Positions 27,119 to 37,994 of a stretch of DNA of 63,861 nt are shown here, piece by piece (position 1 is the first letter of the stretch; each line of letters opens with the position of its first letter). Location of the stretch: contig NW_020846697.1 in assembly GCF_003704095.1 (NCBI RefSeq), forward strand, positions 372,001-435,861, read 5' to 3'. The position numbers and the translations under genes were made by a program. The notes below the pieces were generated by a model that worked only from the letters and a program-made list of their open reading frames with translations, did no database searches and had not been told where the DNA came from. Source of the stretch: Pocillopora damicornis (lineage: Eukaryota).

Positions 27119-28550
27119 CAATAACACAGCGCCTCGGGACATTTGGTGACTTTGCTAGTGTCGCATGTATTATCATAGCGAACTACTAACTCTTTAGGTC
27201 CTTCACTTGGTGTATTTCGTGTTTTTTTAAGTCCTCAATTTGTCGAGCCGGCGCAAGTTTATCGAAATGAGTGCTTTTTGACGGAAAGATTGGAGAATGT
27301 GTGCGGTAATCAGATCAACTACAGAAATGAACATCGAAAAATAGTGCATGTGCTTGAACATGAGAATTGTAAATTCTGTTTATTTATGCTTCAAATAAGG
27401 TTTCCTTTGAGGTCGACTTAGTGCAATTTCTGATCTTTGCGATTTATTCGAACTGAAAGTAGAGTAAACGGGGTTCATGAAGAAAACAGAACACTGAATG
27501 CAAACTATACACATGTAACTAAGATATTATAATTCAGCCGTTCAGTGCTTTCTAGCAGTTCGCTGAATCGCGAGAGTTACGACAACGCGGACGCAAGAAA
27601 ACCGCGAATCCGTGCGTTAACAAAAAATTCTCTTTGAGCACCTTTCATTGTCAAGTGAAAGGAAATTATGATAAAATTGGTAAATTAATTCACAAATTTA
27701 GCTTTTGTACAGCGTAGGAGTGAATATTGAGGATACAAACATGAAAGAAAAGTTTAATTCTTACTGTCCGTAATACAATTCACTGACGTCATCCCAGGTC
27801 TGACATCTCCGTCAACCAACAGAGAGCCTCTTCTTCACATCTTGACCCTGTCAGCGGAGAGCCTCTTCTAATAAATTACTAGTTATATAATCAGCCTCCT
27901 CCATCTCTCATGTTTTTCAAATTTTGATATAGCGCTTTAAAAGGAAATGTAATAAAAGTAAAAGTGGATGCAAGCGATCCATATGTTCATCTGTACTTTT
28001 AAATATTTTCTTTATCATCTGTTGTGTTCCCTTACCCTCACAAGTTAATCATTTTCTCTTATTACTCAACATTTATCTTGGTCTAGCACATAGATCCATG
28101 CCAATCAACTGTCTCAATGAAAGCGACAGAATCAAATTGGCCTAGAATAGCTTAATTCAGAATAGTTTAATCAAAGCCATGACTTCATCTTTACCCATAA
28201 TGACAACAGATGATAGGATCTAGGTCTTACAATTTGTTTAGCACCAGTGAATCAAGTGATTAATCAATTCATTCATCTATTTCTCGAGTAACCCTTGTAA
28301 GCCTTTGAGATCCTTCAGTTCATATATTGAATTGAGGAAATAGCCAATTTTGGTTATCTCCACAATTAGGCACTAGCTGTTGAGGTGCCCACTTTCCGCC
28401 TTTTTGATTGCGACGTCATTTCCTGAAAACTCAGAGAGTCCTTGGCAAATATTTCAAGCTGTTATAGTATGCTTAAGCGAAATAGCACCGTGCATCTCAA
28501 TTTGATATTATGTTGACTGAATTTGACCAACAGCTCACTAATAAAAACAA

Positions 28551-29489
28551 TCACTGAGGCAAATTTAGCGATGCTTGAGTCCTGCAGAGAAAAAAACTGC
28601 AGATTTTCCGACAGATCAAGCCATACGCCTCGTAGAAGTCTCGGATTCTGAAAGTGTAGATTGCAAAGTTCATGGCAGAATTTGACAGAGCAAGAGTCCT
28701 GATCCACATGTGAGCCACTCCCTGGGGCTGGACAAGCGGCTTACCTGCCACGAACAAGGTGATAACCAGTGGAAACCAGCAAGCAGTGAAAACAGCGATT
28801 ACTATCGCCAGCGTGCAGGCCACACGCGCCTCAACTCGAGAAGTGACGTGTACGGACGGTGTTTGACCTTTATTCTGGCGTCTTTTCTTCTTTAATCTGA
28901 TCAAAAATATCATGATCAGCGAATAGGACACTATAATGATGATGTAACTCGCGGCGAAGGTCCCTGCTCCAAGAAAAGCTTTTGGGAAGGAATCTGGAAC
29001 AACAGCGCTAATAACAGGAACCGCCAAGGAGAAGGTCCAACAAGCGATGATCATAATCTTCAGCCCGTACTTCTGCATCATGATCTCATGACCGAGAGGA
29101 TACATTACGGCTAACAGACGATCCACACTGATCGCTGCCAGGTGCACCACTGAAGCAGCGCAGGACACTCTGGATGTTATCTTGTACAGTAGTTCCAAGT
29201 TGGCTGCACAGTCCTTGACGAACGTGATCTTAGCGAGGATGGCTACAACAAGAGGCTCACAAACCATGGTGACGATCAAATCGGCGATGGCTAAGCTGAA
29301 GAGAAGGAAGTTTGACGGTCGGCGAAGACGAAGATTTATGGAAACTGCCACGCAAACCAGTATGTTACCAAATGTTCCCAAAACACACAAGATAGAATTG
29401 ATTGATATCAGGGTGATACCATGAGCAACTGAGAGAGAACATTCTTCATACGAGACATTAAACGCTGGATGATTAGCAGTGACATTCAT
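28551..29489 (-). CDS. Rhodopsin-like (class A) GPCR, 312 aa, intronless
   Basis: GN (TM1), SLAIAD (TM2), SVDR (TM3), W4.50, CWFP (TM6), NSAMNFAIY (TM7); N-terminal glycosylation sequons. Confidence 0.95.
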   Translation of the reverse strand: MNVTANHPAFNVSYEECSLSVAHGITLISINSILCVLGTFGNILVCVAVSINLRLRRPSNFLLFSLAIADLIVTMVCEPLVVAILAKITFVKDCAANLELLYKITSRVSCAASVVHLAAISVDRLLAVMYPLGHEIMMQKYGLKIMIIACWTFSLAVPVISAVVPDSFPKAFLGAGTFAASYIIIIVSYSLIMIFLIRLKKKRRQNKGQTPSVHVTSRVEARVACTLAIVIAVFTACWFPLVITLFVAGKPLVQPQGVAHMWIRTLALSNSAMNFAIYTFRIRDFYEAYGLICRKICSFFLCRTQASLNLPQ

Positions 29490-29656
29490 AGCCTCTGAAA
29501 ACGTTACACGACACTGAGCGAAGGAAACACGAACTTAACCCAACAGTTAGTGTTGTTCGTTATAACCAAGTGCTTATGACAATTTGGTAAAGGCGAGGCA
29601 GTAACTAAAAAAAAATGAGAGTGTGGGCGGGAAAGTAGATTATAAGGTCAATATTG

Positions 29657-29793
29657 GGATCAATATTAGTATCTGGGCAACTGCCCACCTACCCCTCCCC
29701 TAAACCAAAATTAAACTTAACTTGTTGTCAATTGACTGTTGTTGAGTTAGGGGAGGAGTAGGTGGGCAGTTGCCCAGATACTGATATTGATCT
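29657..29793. mobile_element. 137-bp MITE with ~47-bp TIRs and 8-bp TSD (CAATATTG)
   Basis: Left GGATCAATATTAGTATCTGGGCAACTGCCCACCTACCCCTCCCCTAA pairs with right TTAGGGGAGGAGTAGGTGGGCAGTTGCCCAGATACTGATATTGATCT. CAATATTG lies at 29649-29656 and 29794-29801. Confidence 0.93.
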
Positions 29794-30466
29794 CAATATT
29801 GTCCTTTGCGCTAGAACGCCTCGGCATCGTTATTCGCCCAGTACTGGTTTACCTGCTTTACACGGAAAATTAAGATTAAAAGCAGATGAAAATTCTTAAT
29901 TAACTGACTCGAAATGATAAAGATATTTCTTAGTCACGTTATGTGTGTGAAATTCTATGAAAAATTTAAAATTGTTCTTATTTTAGCTAATACGGCTGGT
30001 TTTTTAATATCGACGGTCAATATATTTTCAAATGTTTCTTCAGGAAACCTCGAATAACACATTAAGATAATGATGTTGTTGTTTGAATGGAATAAAATTA
30101 ATCTTGGCCAGATTCCAACAGCCCAGTTAGTTCTAAATGTGAAATATTTTCCTCTCATTCTTTATTACCTAGAAAAAATTCAATTGCGATAAAAGAAAAT
30201 TGAAAAATGCACAAATTATGTATTACCCTCCCTTGCTTTGAACTCAAGACGCTCCTTTCGAAGCTCTTGTAATTGGCCAATATAAACTGAAGAGTTTGCA
30301 AGGCAGATACAGGCGGATAGGAAGTAATCAACCTTCTGTTCACCGACAAATGAGGTGGCTCTCAAGCTTAATTAGTTAATTTCAAAACATTAATGACTAA
30401 AATTAAGCATATTATTATGCGCTTCGAATATCTAGCCAGATAGTAAGCAAGAACAACTCTAGCCTG

Positions 30467-30916
30467 CTAAGTGAGAGTAGTATCAATATTAGAGACGTTG
30501 AGTGTGTTGCGGAATACTGACTGGTTCGGTATCTTCTGTTCGGTTTCTTTTCCCTTCATTCGGGCACTGTCTTCAGACGGCACTTGATTTGTCGGCCTGT
30601 CGGGAGTTGTGACGGAGCTCTTTAATCTCCTCACCGCACTTTTCGTCCACCAATTGGCCTCCCTCTCTTCATTTAATGTTCCACTTTCTCCTTCTTCCCG
30701 GTAAAATTTTAACACAATCACTCTTTCGTCAGTTAACTCATTCCATTTTTCACTAATACGATTGCTCGTGGCCTCAGCAAAAAGTGGTAAAAGTTGTGTT
30801 CTTTCTCCGTTGATAAACAAACCAGATTCTTCGTCGCGCGAGATGAGTTTTTCCTTGAAAACACAATTTGCTTTAGCGGGATTTGTTTTGAAGCAATGTT
30901 TCTTTTTTGTGAACAG
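30467..30916 (-). CDS. Possible orphan exon or gene remnant (~150 open codons)
   Basis: The frame of ORF 30467-30820 stays open upstream to about 30916 (LFTKKKHCFKTNPAKANCVFKEKLISRDEESGLFINGER...) and begins right after a tag. Protein-like composition but no ATG near the start. Confidence 0.3.
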   Translation of the reverse strand: MFTKKKHCFKTNPAKANCVFKEKLISRDEESGLFINGERTQLLPLFAEATSNRISEKWNELTDERVIVLKFYREEGESGTLNEEREANWWTKSAVRRLKSSVTTPDRPTNQVPSEDSARMKGKETEQKIPNQSVFRNTLNVSNIDTTLT

Positions 30917-31563
30917 CTAGGTTACGTTTAAAAATGATTCCGTCGTTTGTCACAAAGTCAGTTCATTTACCCGTTTAGCACAGTCCGTCGTTCAGTTTCC
31001 ATTGCATGCTCTCGGGCTGTAATCTTTCTAAATCATTTGGTCACGGTTTAGACCGATCTGTATGCGCAAAGAATAGTTTTTTTCCCCAATTCGGAATGCT
31101 TTCGTAATCTTTTGCATGATGTGACAGTTACGTGACAGGACTTTGTCACTTTTCCTTTTATTCTACAAACAAATGCAATCTGTTTACAGAGTAAGACCGG
31201 GAGTGATGAGAAAATTACATGACGCACTTTCAGGGCGAGAATTCTCTTAAACCTCTTTTCCCGTTTAAAATAACAACAGCTCTAGTTTGTTAATTTCAAT
31301 AGAGAAATTTCTTAAAAAATAAGCTTGGGGTTTTTTCAAAGAGAAATAGTTGATTGCATAAATTAAAACTTACTTGAGGGGACTGAAAATGTTGAATGAC
31401 AGCAGGAATTACGTAGGCCATTTGCCAGCCCAACATTCCCTCCAACAACCGAAAAAGCCTGCAGTAAAATGATAATTGGCCCTTAATGACACCGCCTTAG
31501 TCCGTCAAGGTGTTCATTAGGTGTTCATGTGAATGTAGAAGTCTAATTATGGTTGCTGTTTTG

Positions 31564-33210
31564 TCAAGTGAAAGGCATTTTGCAAGACCGATTCGCGATT
31601 GAAGGGGCTTCAAAATTCTCATCTATAACCATCAATAAGTTTCCGCTCGTCCACATAGCTATTGGTATCGTAGTCACAGATGCTACCAAAACGAATCGCT
31701 TCCACCGCCTTTGCCATACAGCCATTACTGGCAAATTCTGATAACGAGTTTCGATCGCCAGAGATGCACTCGTGAAGAACCATTCAATCACCATCTGAAC
31801 TAACACAGTAATGGAAAAAGATCGGAGCAAGGTTAAAAGGGAATCGTTTTCTAGGTAAAAATATTGATAAAAGAATAAAAAGCCGTTGACAGAAACTATA
31901 GCAGTTGATTCAAACATCATGCTCATGATGGCGATGTCGGCCATTAGTCTTTCGCGACGAGGAGTACGAAAACTTCCCCAAGAAGCTGACTCTCTTCTCC
32001 ACAATTGGTGACAACAATGATCAACTGCTACCATTACACTTCGTTCCACGACTTCTGTTATGCCATGGATAATTCCCAGAGCAGCAATATACAGCAAACT
32101 GCCCAGTTCCGCTTGTAAGACTCGAAAAATAACCGCTGTACTAAAGTACAACGGCGCAAGCAAGATATATGAATATCCCGGATGTGTAATGTTCCATAAC
32201 CGCTGAACACATATACGTGAAATGACTTTAGCAGTCACACCAATGAGAGGGGAGAATATGGCGATTAACAACCTACCATGACCACTTTTATGTTGCCATT
32301 TATAAGCGGGGTAAATAAAATATACAGCAGCTGAGGCGACAGTAAACGCGAAAATTAATGGTGTGACCAGCTTACATATCAAACTGGCTTCTCTTGGTCT
32401 TGAACGCATGCCAAATTTCCTCGCAAGATAACACAACTGGAGGCAATAACTGGCTGTATACAACACGTACATAGGAACTTTATATACAGAGGACTCCAAG
32501 AAGAAAGGTCTTCCTATGACTTGTAAAATAACGCGATAAAGTGCGTCAAAACAGTAAAAAAGACAACATATCAGGACCAAGTTGGTTTTCAATCCTTGTA
32601 TCTGGTGTTGCAGGAAAAGTAATATCGTATGACAAAAGCTACAGACATAAAAGATGCCACAGGCGATGACGTCACATTCTGTTATGGTCCATTGTACACT
32701 GTGTGGAATTAATTTCTTTGGGAAGTATTTACAATGTGCGAATGTTTTATAAGAAACATATGAAAGGAGCAGATATTCTGCACCTAAGATGGTGGCAGCG
32801 AGGAGCGAAATGAGAGCTCCAATGTACAGCGACTTGGATATGGTGTGAAGGAAAGATGGTCTTAATCGCTTCCACGCCATAGCCCTGTCTTCTTGCTGAT
32901 TGCCAATCGATTTGGGTGTTTCCTCTTCCTTGGTACAAAAAGCGTTTACAACCGTTACATTGATACTCCTAGCTGCCAGATAGCTTGTGTTTATGCCTTT
33001 TCTGTCGTCGTACTCCTGATAAATAAATTCATCGACTGGATAAGAATACCACTGTCGACGTGAGTCTTCTAAATAATCAAATCCAAACGATTCAGCAGTG
33101 AATTCGGGTTCTTCAGGGTTGTAATGTTCCATGACGCTCCTTGTGAAAGAAAATGCCATTTGTCCGAGCAACTCTATCACGGCACTAACTACCATGGTGA
33201 AACCGTCCAT
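31564..33210 (-). CDS. Uncharacterised multi-pass membrane protein (~11 TM), 548 aa, intronless
   Basis: 1647-nt ATG ORF with about 11 hydrophobic segments and a WGSFRTPRRERLMAD loop. I recall this motif from a family expanded in cnidarians, but cannot verify it here. Confidence 0.9.
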   Translation of the reverse strand: MDGFTMVVSAVIELLGQMAFSFTRSVMEHYNPEEPEFTAESFGFDYLEDSRRQWYSYPVDEFIYQEYDDRKGINTSYLAARSINVTVVNAFCTKEEETPKSIGNQQEDRAMAWKRLRPSFLHTISKSLYIGALISLLAATILGAEYLLLSYVSYKTFAHCKYFPKKLIPHSVQWTITECDVIACGIFYVCSFCHTILLFLQHQIQGLKTNLVLICCLFYCFDALYRVILQVIGRPFFLESSVYKVPMYVLYTASYCLQLCYLARKFGMRSRPREASLICKLVTPLIFAFTVASAAVYFIYPAYKWQHKSGHGRLLIAIFSPLIGVTAKVISRICVQRLWNITHPGYSYILLAPLYFSTAVIFRVLQAELGSLLYIAALGIIHGITEVVERSVMVAVDHCCHQLWRRESASWGSFRTPRRERLMADIAIMSMMFESTAIVSVNGFLFFYQYFYLENDSLLTLLRSFSITVLVQMVIEWFFTSASLAIETRYQNLPVMAVWQRRWKRFVLVASVTTIPIAMWTSGNLLMVIDENFEAPSIANRSCKMPFT

Positions 33211-36200
33211 GCAAAATCAGGTTTTGTCAGTAATGCACGCGCTTAGGTCTTTTATATTCCATTCAGCTTGTCATGTCACGAAACTTGGTATCGAAAGTAT
33301 TACGGAACTTTGGAAAATAACGCCTGAGACTGATATTGCACAATGCTAAAGGAGTGACCTTCCACACCAATAGGAAAAAAGGTAAAAACATTTTTTTTCT
33401 TGCTTCAGCGCTTCAATTTAAAATGGAAAATTTTCCCGGAAGCCTGCCAAACTTGACAGGCGAAATGCAGATGAGACCATTGGATGTTGCATGTTTTATA
33501 TGTATTATGATGCATAACGTTAACCAAACATGTACAACGCCATTTTTATTTCTCAAACCACAGATGGCAATAAATAAACACAAACTCATCAATATAATTT
33601 GAATCCCTTTTAACAATAGTCTTGTTTTAAACGCTCGGCATAATCTACAAGGAAGAGGAAAGGTTTGGGTGATCTTTCTCAGCTTAAAAACCGCAGAGAT
33701 AAAAACAGGAAATTAAAACTGAAAGATGGGGAAGGTTTCTGTTTTGTTGAGACTCACACATTTCTCGATGTTAACTGGTTACTATTTTTGTGGAGTTAAA
33801 TATGCAAGCCACTCATAGATGTCAAGGATACCTACGGAATTGTCTTTTTTTGACGAGATCTCTCGAGCTCGTTTTTATGAAACTCGTTCTGGTTTTATTC
33901 ATGCTTTCATGGGTCCTCTTCAAAGTTAACTCAGGAAGTGTCAACATTACGTTCTTTGGAATAAGCTGATGAACAATGGCTATGTTTTTTTTTATGCAGG
34001 CAACTCATTTACTGAACTGTTTAAGAGATTAAAAATAAACATGTGACGTAAATTAAAGAAAATGTTTCCGTATCGTGAGGCCGGATGTTAGACATACAGT
34101 CTGTAATGAGAAACTATAAGATAAGAAAATGATTGTCACCCATTTTATCATATAGTATTGCCCTGATCTCTATCAATGCTATGGTGTTGGAATTTTTTGT
34201 CATTCTCGATAACTTACTGGATTGCGTCGCAGTTCATACAAACCTTTGTGTTCGTCGACCCTTGAACCACCTATCTTCTTCACAGCATACCGATTGCTGA
34301 CTTGCTCGCCAGTAGGGTATGCAAACCTCCTCTAGTTGCAATCCTAATAAAAATCAACTTTCATTTGGTAACTGTAACTCCCATTCTGAAGTATAAATAT
34401 CATTTCGTTTTTAGCCTCTGTGCATTACGTTATCAGCATTGATTTTTATTTTGTTGTTGTTTACACACAAAGCTATAAAAATACCTTGATCCAAACCTTT
34501 GAATGGTTGCGAAACTCATTTCGTTGGACCGGCAGTTTTTGGGCTCTTGCATGTTAGAACTTTCTCATCCTGTTCTTTGACAGTGACTTTTAAGATCGGA
34601 AGGCACAAAGCAAACTTGGAATTCGCGCTTCACGAGGTAATTATACACCTGCAAGTCTCTTTCAAAATCTACATGGCCCTCCGGCACTTGCGATTACAAT
34701 AATTGTTTTAAATGCCTTTTTGTATTTAATGTCTTTTGGTCACAGTTGGTTCCGGAAAACTGTTCAAGTAATATCTAAGACTTCCATTGACTACGGCTTC
34801 GTCAAATTGTGAACCATAAATTTCCTCATTGCGAAATCAAGGATGCAGAACTTTCGCTAGGGATTTCTACAATAGAGCGAAAGATTTGTGGGCATGTTCT
34901 GACCCTGAAATGTTTTCGGTGCAGCATGCTATTGACTGACGCTGGGAGTGAGACCAAATGTTTCAGAAAGAACCATGGAACGTTGCAGGTGGCACTAAAT
35001 TACAGCGTGACGATTTTTAATTTTGAAAGTTCTCTTAACAGGGTCAACTACTAAAAAAAAGATTGTAAGAAAGAAAGTTTTCTACAAAGAGTTTTGCAAA
35101 GTTGTATTCCCGTTCTTCGAACGGAAGTTAATTACCTAATTTCCCAGTAGATTGTCCGGAAGATGTTATCAACTCAATGGACCGAAGACTGTCACATCCT
35201 TCTCGATCCACATGAATCTCGAATATTTAAAAATATTACACAGTAGAAAGGATTTTTATCAAGCTTTGATTCTCGTTCGCGTCAGTTCAGTGACGAAAGG
35301 CATGGCTAAAATTATACAAGGAATTGAATATAAAATATTGTTTCAAATTAGCTTTGCAAGAGAGAGGCATAAGTGCGAGATGGCTGTGAAATTGGCCTCC
35401 TAAAGCATGAGTTGTCGATTTTAAATGCTGGTTCAAGTTTCTTTGGAATAATCTTTGATTCTTTATTTTGTGGGGGTTTCAAAGCATATTTATCAGAAAA
35501 AATAAATGTAAATGAGCGGGGTGCTATTAGGGTGTCAAAAATCTAAATTCATATAAAACAAAATTCAGTTGATTTATTTATATACAGCATATGAAAAATC
35601 ACTCTTTGATACCTATTCATATTTGACCCTCGTCCCTTCATTCATTCATTCAATCGTTCTCTCGTACGTTCACCTGATTTATTTTTTTTTTCTGTTAATG
35701 TAATTTATTATTCAAGTTTGCCAGTGCAGTCCGGTATCAGTGATTGTTTCATTCGAAGCGCGTTCATTTACGCGATACTTATTTCATTTGTTGTGTCCTA
35801 GTTCATTCGATAAATATCTCACATTTCACATTAATTTTCCGTCTTCTCGTAGCTTTTCTCCACTCGTTATTTCCAATTGTTCTCTCCGTCTTTTTTCCGC
35901 CCCTTCGTGCATCTTTTGTATATTATTCGACCAGGTAACTAATTTTGTATGCTTCATTTTCTCTATAGTTCTATCAATACTTAAAATCCCCACTCCGGCA
36001 CTTTAAATTTTTTCATGTTTAACCACAATTTGCGTCGCTTGCATCCGACGATCTAATATCTGTTTTTGACGAGCAACTGGGAAGTCATTGATAGATAGTT
36101 TCAGCCTTATGAGATTCATGCACGTACTTTCTGATTTAGATAAATCAGTACATCATCACGAGGTCAGCAGTTTTGAAATTTGCACGGCATGCTCAGTAAC

Positions 36201-37010
36201 TTTAACTTTAATTTGTGTTTGTGTTTATATCATAATGTTTTTTATTATTAAGTTAGTTTAGGTTAAATATATTCTTGCGTGTCTTGAGTCAGTCTTAAGC
36301 TTCACTCGTGCCATATTTGGATTTGACTAACTTCAAGTCAATTGAGTATTGACATTTCAACCCCCCCTCCCACACGTGATGGTCTCTCACCACTTTATCT
36401 CTAAAGCAGACGGGCACTCAACTCAAAGCTTGGTTTGTGCTGACTCGTAGTTAAAGCAGAGGTCAATTTACTTCAAATGCAACAATACTATATTACTTCA
36501 AAAAGCACTAATTTTCATGCACAAACTTGAATATGTTGAAAGATAAATATCATTTTCCGGTGTCTCGAGGAAATTGATGTTATCACAAATTGCTTTCTGT
36601 GCCGAGTATCAGAATACGTCAGAATACGATTGCATTAAACGAAAATATGGAGTTCTCGGGGGGAACGAGTTATGTAATAAAAATCACAGCTCACAAAGTT
36701 GCTCCTTTTCAACTGAAACTGGCTTCCATCCAAACTTTTAAGAGTCGAAATGGCAAGCTGTCATGTTTTGTACTTCCTGCAATATTTTCTAAAAAGCATA
36801 TAAATGATTAAAGCCGAATTATATTGGTTACTGATTATGGAATTACTTACTTTTATAACAGTATTAGAATAAAGTAGGATTAATCGCCATTTTATTGCGC
36901 TGATAAAGCTTACTGTCTGCTTCTCTACCTGTCATTTATATCATTTTACTTTAGGCAAGTGCCAACACCATTTGTCATCTTTTGTGAGCTTTGAGTCGTT
37001 GGTCTCAACA

Positions 37011-37994
37011 ATGAATGATTCTTTGAACGACAGCACCACCTTATCCGCCAACATCTCAGTAGAAGATTGTTCTCTCCCTGTAGCTCATGGCATCGCTCTT
37101 ATTTCCACAAATGCTTTCGTGGGGTTGTTTGGAACACTTGGTAACCTACTGGTGTGCTTGGCAGTTGTCATATATCCTCGCTTACGCCGACCATCCAACT
37201 ACCTTCTGTTCAGTTTGGCCATCGCTGATTTGATCGTCACCATGGCGTGCGAGCCCCTTGTTGTGGCAATCTTCACTAAAAGGACGTTTTTCAACGACTG
37301 TGCACTAGACTTGGAACTCCCATACGTGATTTTATCTATGCTTTCGTGCTCTGCTTCTGTACTACATATGGCGGCAATCAGCATCGATCGTTTCATCGCA
37401 GTTGTGTTTCCCCTGCACCACAGAGCCATGTCAGATACCTGCGGATTAAAAGCAATGTTGATAACGTGTTGGGCATATCCAATCTCAGTTCCCATCTTAA
37501 GCGCCGTTGTTCCACCAACCTTTCCAAAAGATATTTTTGCTTTGTTGATGTTTGCAATCAGTTACGGAATTATTTTCTTGTCTTACTCACTTATCGTGAT
37601 TTCCCTCGTCAGACATAAAAGACAAGAAAAGCAACTTGAAATGCGCCGAAATAGTAATACTAGTCATCAGACTCACGTTGAAATCCGAGTGGCCTCCACC
37701 CTTGGGATCGTAATTCTTGTTTTCACAGCATGCTGGCTTCCGTTCGTCGTAGTGCTTTATGCAACAGGACGCCTTTTGATCAAGAAGCACGGAGTTGCCT
37801 ATATGTGGATCAGGACCTTGGCTCTTTCAAACTCTGCCATTAACTTCTCTATATATGGTTCAAGAATGCAGAACTTCCGTGAAGCGTTCTCTGCAACTGG
37901 ACGAAAAGTTCTGGGTGCTTTCACTAGACAATGTTCCCGGACCCAAGTGTATGATTTGAACGTAAGCAAGACCCAGTCCTCTAGTTCGAGATGA
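37011..37994 (+). CDS. Rhodopsin-like (class A) GPCR, ~327 aa, paralog of 28551-29489
   Basis: ATG at 37011 (MNDSLNDS) after acceptor ttttactttag| near 36954. Shares LRRPSN.LLFSLAIADLIVTM.CEPLVVAI, ISIDR, ACW.P and MWIRTLALSNSA.NF.IY with the other copy. Confidence 0.95.
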   Translation: MNDSLNDSTTLSANISVEDCSLPVAHGIALISTNAFVGLFGTLGNLLVCLAVVIYPRLRRPSNYLLFSLAIADLIVTMACEPLVVAIFTKRTFFNDCALDLELPYVILSMLSCSASVLHMAAISIDRFIAVVFPLHHRAMSDTCGLKAMLITCWAYPISVPILSAVVPPTFPKDIFALLMFAISYGIIFLSYSLIVISLVRHKRQEKQLEMRRNSNTSHQTHVEIRVASTLGIVILVFTACWLPFVVVLYATGRLLIKKHGVAYMWIRTLALSNSAINFSIYGSRMQNFREAFSATGRKVLGAFTRQCSRTQVYDLNVSKTQSSSSR

